The notes under the pieces were generated by a model. That model was not told the origin of the DNA and did not search any database. It saw nothing but the letters and a program-made list of their open reading frames with translations. A program made the translations under genes and the position numbers. From an uncultured archaeon (lineage in GTDB: Archaea; Asgardarchaeota; Lokiarchaeia; Sigyniarchaeales; SOKP01): a stretch of DNA of 64,000 bases. Shown here piece after piece: positions 59,815 through 64,000 of this stretch. Location of the stretch: NCBI GenBank assembly GCA_964508365.1, contig CAZDTP010000009.1, forward strand, positions 20,966-84,965, written 5' to 3'. Each line of letters begins with the position of its first letter. Positions within the stretch are counted from its first letter, which is position 1.

Positions 59815-60219
59815 TTATTTTTTATCTATAACACGATTAATTTCAGTTATTAATTGTTCAAATGTAAATGATTTTGTCAAGAAACTTTCTGCTCCAACGA
59901 TATAGGCTTCTTCCTCAACCGATTCTTCCCCACTAATAAAAATTATTTTTGTATTTTTGTCAAATTCTAGAATCTCTTTTGCGGTTTGAATTCCATTTTT
60001 TAATGGCATATGATAATCCAAAATAATAACATCTGGCTTCTCTAAAAAGTTGTTAAATTTAGTGATTCCTTCCGCACCATTCTTGGCACAACCAATTACA
60101 TTGAACCCCCTATCAATTAAAATTTTTGCATAAAGAATTCTTAAATCTTGGTCATCTTCAACAATAAAAACAGTAGGGATATTATTTTTCTTCATTTTGA
60201 GATATTTGCTTGAAAACAA
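59815..60219 (-). CDS. Stand-alone CheY-like response regulator receiver
   Basis: IVEDD, IILDYHMP..NG (phospho-Asp), ISG, FLTKSF. Confidence 0.92.
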   Translation of the reverse strand: MFSSKYLKMKKNNIPTVFIVEDDQDLRILYAKILIDRGFNVIGCAKNGAEGITKFNNFLEKPDVIILDYHMPLKNGIQTAKEILEFDKNTKIIFISGEESVEEEAYIVGAESFLTKSFTFEQLITEINRVIDKK

Positions 60220-60274
60220 AACTGTTTTTCACCTATCAATTTTTTTATTGTTAACTTTATTGACAATAGTCATC

Positions 60275-60292
60275 ATAACATATAAATGTTAT
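60275..60292. promoter_or_regulatory. Perfect 7-bp inverted repeat centred on a TATA-like element in a divergent intergenic region
   Basis: ATAACAT-ATAA-ATGTTAT between the receiver gene and the RHH gene. Confidence 0.5.
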
Positions 60293-60364
60293 CATTATAT
60301 ACATTAATTAATACCGATAACTTAATACTTAACAAAGATAAATAAAAAATAAGGGAAGAAAATT

Positions 60365-60910
60365 ATGGCTAATAAACTTATAGGATTAAGATTATCTAAA
60401 GAAATCATTAAAAAATTGGAAACCATTGCTCACAATAACAATCAAACTATAAATTTCGTTGCTAGAAATGCTATTCTTGAATGGCTTGAAATTTATTTCA
60501 GAGCCAGGCAGCAAAGAATGATGATTTTAGGAAAGCCATTAATTAAAGACTTGTTAGAGCTTATTGATATTGAAAAGCTTAAATCATTGGCAGAAGCAAC
60601 CGCTAAAAGGAAAGTAGATTTCTATCAATTTGTTTTAGGAAAACATTTGAGTAAAGAGACACTAAGGGATTTTATTAAATATACTCCAAAATTATTAGGA
60701 AATACGGGATTAATGTGGTTTGAATATATTGAAGCCATGAGAGAAGAAGAATCTGTTCATTTCAAGTGCCTTCATAATATGGGAGAAAAATGGTCAAGAT
60801 TTTTAATGTTTTTTTTTAATTATTTGATGGAACAATACTTTAACTTGGAATTAATTGAAGACAATGTTAAGTATACAAAAAATTCTCTCTATTTAGAATA
60901 TAAACTTTGA
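60365..60910 (+). CDS. Ribbon-helix-helix regulator with C-terminal alpha/beta domain
   Basis: KLIGLRLSKEIIKKLETIA...TINFVARNAILEWLE RHH; C-terminal CLHNMGEKWSRFL. Confidence 0.75.
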   Translation: MANKLIGLRLSKEIIKKLETIAHNNNQTINFVARNAILEWLEIYFRARQQRMMILGKPLIKDLLELIDIEKLKSLAEATAKRKVDFYQFVLGKHLSKETLRDFIKYTPKLLGNTGLMWFEYIEAMREEESVHFKCLHNMGEKWSRFLMFFFNYLMEQYFNLELIEDNVKYTKNSLYLEYKL

Positions 60911-60997
60911 ATAAGACTTGCTTGAGGGCATAAAGTTTCATTCTATAAGAATAATAAAAATGCAATAGATTACAAATAAAAAGAAAATCGAGTAATT

Positions 60998-61750
60998 ATG
61001 AAATTTAATCTTTGTCTCTCGATTCCTATATCGGATAATATTTCTGAAAACCAAAGAAATATTAAGGCTGCATTAAAATCAGGAGCTAATATTTTCGAAT
61101 TACAATTTGATTACTTTAATAATATCCGAATAATAACGGAGGATTTTTTAAAAAAATTATTGGGATTCATTCAACCGAACTTTCCTGTTATTTTTTCCCT
61201 TAGAGAACCCCTTGACGGAGGAAAAATCAAAACTACTGAAAAGGAAAGATTAAAAATCATAAAAGTTCTGATTGAAGCTCAACCAGAGTATTTTGAAGTA
61301 GAAATGAATGCTGCTAATAATATTTTGAGTGAGGCTGCTTTTTTAGGAGAAACAAAAGATGTTAATTTAATATTTTCATATTATGATTTTGAAAAAACAC
61401 CAAGTTTAAATGAAAGCTTTGTATTTCTTGAAAAATTTATATATAAATTAGAAGATAAATTATTCATTAATGCAAAGACAATCAATAGAAGTATCTATAA
61501 AGTAATATTTAACGCCAAAAAATTCGAAGATAACTTAATACCTATACAATTAATAAATAAATTTTCGAGAGCAGGGCGTAGGATGGTTGCTTTTTGTTCT
61601 AACGAGTTGGGACTCTTCTCAAGAATAACATGCGTTAAAGTCGGCTCTTTCTTTACTAATGTTTCGTTAGAAGATGAATCGAAAGTTGGACAGATTAATA
61701 TAGGAACAATGATAAAAATTCATAAATTATTATTTGATGAAAAACACTGA
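60998..61750 (+). CDS. aroD: Type I 3-dehydroquinate dehydratase-like protein, apparently degenerate
   Basis: IFELQFDY, IFSLREP.DGG, SYYDFEKTP, YKV, G..SRI...K.GSFFT, GQI; catalytic His position reads Tyr. Confidence 0.75.
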   Translation: MKFNLCLSIPISDNISENQRNIKAALKSGANIFELQFDYFNNIRIITEDFLKKLLGFIQPNFPVIFSLREPLDGGKIKTTEKERLKIIKVLIEAQPEYFEVEMNAANNILSEAAFLGETKDVNLIFSYYDFEKTPSLNESFVFLEKFIYKLEDKLFINAKTINRSIYKVIFNAKKFEDNLIPIQLINKFSRAGRRMVAFCSNELGLFSRITCVKVGSFFTNVSLEDESKVGQINIGTMIKIHKLLFDEKH

Positions 61751-61755
61751 ACATC

Positions 61756-62046
61756 TTATTTTTCTTCAAGTTCATCAATAAATTCTTTGTAAATAATTTT
61801 TTTAATGGTTTTACTGATGTTTTTAATGGTTCCTGGAGATAAATCTAAATCTTCAGGTTTAAATTTTTTCTTTGATCTCTCTATTTCAAATTTTATTATT
61901 ATTTCATCTTCGAGTTCGTATTGCTCTATAGCTTTATCGATCGCACTGAAAAGATCTAATCCATTTTTTATGTTTTTACGAATGCTGTTTGAAATGGCAT
62001 TCACACAATTTATAATAACTAAATCTACTATTTTTCCTAATGACAT
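61756..62046 (-). CDS. Hypothetical protein, 96 aa
   Basis: ATG-started helical ORF with normal composition, convergent with the aroD-like gene. Confidence 0.6.
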   Translation of the reverse strand: MSLGKIVDLVIINCVNAISNSIRKNIKNGLDLFSAIDKAIEQYELEDEIIIKFEIERSKKKFKPEDLDLSPGTIKNISKTIKKIIYKEFIDELEEK

Positions 62047-62334
62047 TTTAACTTAAATAATTGGTAATTAACAATTTTAAATTTATTGAACATCAATAAA
62101 AATTTTTATCAATTGAGAAAAAAAATGAAATTTAATTAAAGGTTTTTCAACAGGAACTTTAATATTATTATATTTCGCAGTAATCTGTTTTTATATTAAT
62201 TATTTAACTTTTTTTTATATTGAAAGAAATCTCGTTAGTACTATATTGTTGAAGTCGAACTTTAGCTTCTGTAGAAGCTATGTCATTTGTGGTTGTTGAT
62301 ACATTTTTTTTTCCTTAATTACTATCTATTAAAT

Positions 62335-62790
62335 TCACCGAACAATTAGAACATCACAATCTACATTATTCACTACATGCGAAGATATCGTTCCTAACAA
62401 TGTATGACTTTTTGAATGGTGTCCTTTACTTCCCAAAATGACTAGATCAAAATTTTCTTCCTTAACCTTATCAATTATATATTTTTCCGGTTCAACATCT
62501 TCTACCAATCTCGTTTTGATAGGAATTTCCTCTTTTTTAAAAATCTTTTTTGTCTCTTCCAAAATTTTGTTGCCAACTTTTATGAATTCTGTGCTAATTT
62601 GTGAATATGGTACTGCGGCCATCGAAGAGCTTAAGCCAAAGATAGGAGTAACAATTGGAATCATATGATGCTTGATTGAATGAAATGTAACGATTTCACA
62701 ATTCCATTTTTGATAAAAATCTATCACCTTGTTAAGGGCTTTATGTGCATCTTCAGATCCATCTACACCAATTAAAATTTTTTTGTACAT
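62335..62790 (-). CDS. Universal stress protein (UspA family)
   Basis: MYKKILIGVDGSE.A.KA, DLVILGSKG, LLGTISSHVV...CDVLIVR. Confidence 0.95.
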   Translation of the reverse strand: MYKKILIGVDGSEDAHKALNKVIDFYQKWNCEIVTFHSIKHHMIPIVTPIFGLSSSMAAVPYSQISTEFIKVGNKILEETKKIFKKEEIPIKTRLVEDVEPEKYIIDKVKEENFDLVILGSKGHHSKSHTLLGTISSHVVNNVDCDVLIVR

Positions 62791-63632
62791 TTTACTAAAC
62801 CTCCTCTAATAGTTTACTTTTTTTTATTAATTTTTTTAATGTTAATTATGTTAACAGAAGGTGATATTATATATAAATATTATCGTTTGTTAATAATAGT
62901 CACTACTAATAATAGAGATAAAAAAGTTTTTATCAAAAAAGTGATTAGTAGTTAAAAAACATATTAAGAATCAAGGTGTAAAATTGGTGGCTTTTATTAA
63001 TACATCTAGTAGATTACAACATAATTATTATAAAAAGTGCAAAAAAATAAACGCTAATAAAATCATAAACAATTTAAAAGATCTTATAAATAGACAATGG
63101 AACCCTTCTAATGAATTATATTAAGTAGCATTTTCTTTTATCTTAGTTATTCCTTTTTTATGGCTCGCTATTAAAATTATAACCATGGGTAATGCCACTC
63201 CAAGTTTTATTATCTTTGAACCGTCTTATTGTTAGGTTTTAGAATTATTTTTTCGATAATATGGATATTGAAAGTAAATTAGTAAATTTTTATAACAAAA
63301 TTAATAAAAAGGGTATCAGAAAAAAGTGGTCAGCCCCCTGTGACTCTCTTACAAATAGGAGAAAAAAAATGGATTTAATAACTAAAATTTAACATTGAAA
63401 TGACCAAATATTCAAAAATTCCTTAAATTTATTATTGCCAATTTCCGACATTCATTTATTAATTTTTTTTAGAGATTAGGATCACTTAATCAAAAACAGG
63501 ATCATAATTTGGAAATCTCATTTTGATTTCATCATAGATTAATGGAGATTAAGCATTTTTTATAAATACCCCCCAGACTTAATATTATAATTATACAATT
63601 AAAAGCTTTAAAAAATTAAAAAAGTGATATTT

Positions 63633-63890
63633 TTGAATGTTAATGAGAAAAAAAAATTTCAATAGAATTCGATACAGTACTCAACAAAATCTATTCTAAA
63701 TATGAACAAGACTATCGGGATATGGGGGGAAGGCTAAGAAGGAAAAAAGAGATTTAAAAGGGAGAATCTCCGAATTAAAATATATTCTAAAAATATTTAA
63801 TAAAGAGATTTTAATTTTAACAAAGAATAAAAAGAAAGTATTGAAACAGAAATTAAGAGAATCAAAAAAGGTAAAGGTGAGATAATATAA
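63633..63890 (+). pseudogene. Possible frameshifted short coiled-coil gene
   Basis: AGTGA-5nt-TTG start; protein-like segments (ISIEFDTVLNKIYSKYEQDY / KEKRDLKGRISELKYILK / KESIETEIKRIKK) join only through frame changes at the A9 (63648-63656), G6 and A5 runs. Confidence 0.25.
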
Positions 63891-64000
63891 TTATATTTTC
63901 TTGAGAGGTTTCTGTATATATAAATAAATTATTACTAGAAATAAATAAAAAAGATTATTAGCTTCAAGTATTTATAAATATTATAAGGGATTATTCCTTA

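Noticed and set aside
451-62668. The many 60-180 aa antisense or overlapping ORFs in the track (e.g. 451-711, 1462-1746, 20414-20953, 28100-28480, 38980-39357, 49306-49635)
   Set aside because: Each lies opposite or inside a longer gene with recognisable motifs and has no motif of its own; typical shadow ORFs.
1-64000. tRNA, rRNA or CRISPR arrays (prompted by endA and the long intergenic gaps at 14.0-14.6, 24.8-25.4 and 62.8-64.0 kb)
   Set aside because: No GC-rich cloverleaf, TTCGA T-loop in stem context, or regularly spaced 24-40 nt direct repeats seen by eye; a tRNAscan-SE/Infernal run would be the decisive test.

Overview
A gene-dense, very AT-rich archaeal chromosomal window, most consistent with an Asgard archaeon (Lokiarchaeia-like). 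Support: archaeal RadA, tRNA-splicing endonuclease, A/V-type ATPase, two Arf-like small GTPases fused to roadblock or longin-like domains, a V4R protein, RING and zinc-ribbon proteins, and GGTGA/GAGATGA-type ribosome-binding sites with frequent TTG/GTG starts. Main blocks: (1) 0.5-6.7 kb sulfate-ester/peptidase/QueG-like cluster. (2) alpha-glucan genes at 9-13 kb (GH57, maltokinase-like) and 26-33.5 kb (GalT-like, NDP-sugar pyrophosphorylase, 1140-aa GH13, degenerate phosphohexomutase). (3) 15-23.6 kb eukaryote-signature-like block (alpha-solenoid, vWA-RING-RING, HhH-GTPase-roadblock, V4R, longin-like GTPase, W-repeat/zinc ribbon protein). (4) 41.7-53.1 kb A/V-type ATPase operon, order K-C-G/H-F-E-A-B-D-I, followed by a membrane double-zinc-ribbon gene and a second A subunit whose GER arginine is replaced by proline; three operon genes (C, E, D) appear to need non-canonical start codons. 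(5) An ISH3/IS4-like transposase. (6) A SAM-methyltransferase plus HgcAB-like corrinoid/ferredoxin fusion with a variant cap helix (NVWCGACG). I saw no rRNA, tRNA or CRISPR array. All family assignments come from motif recognition by eye; no database search was run.
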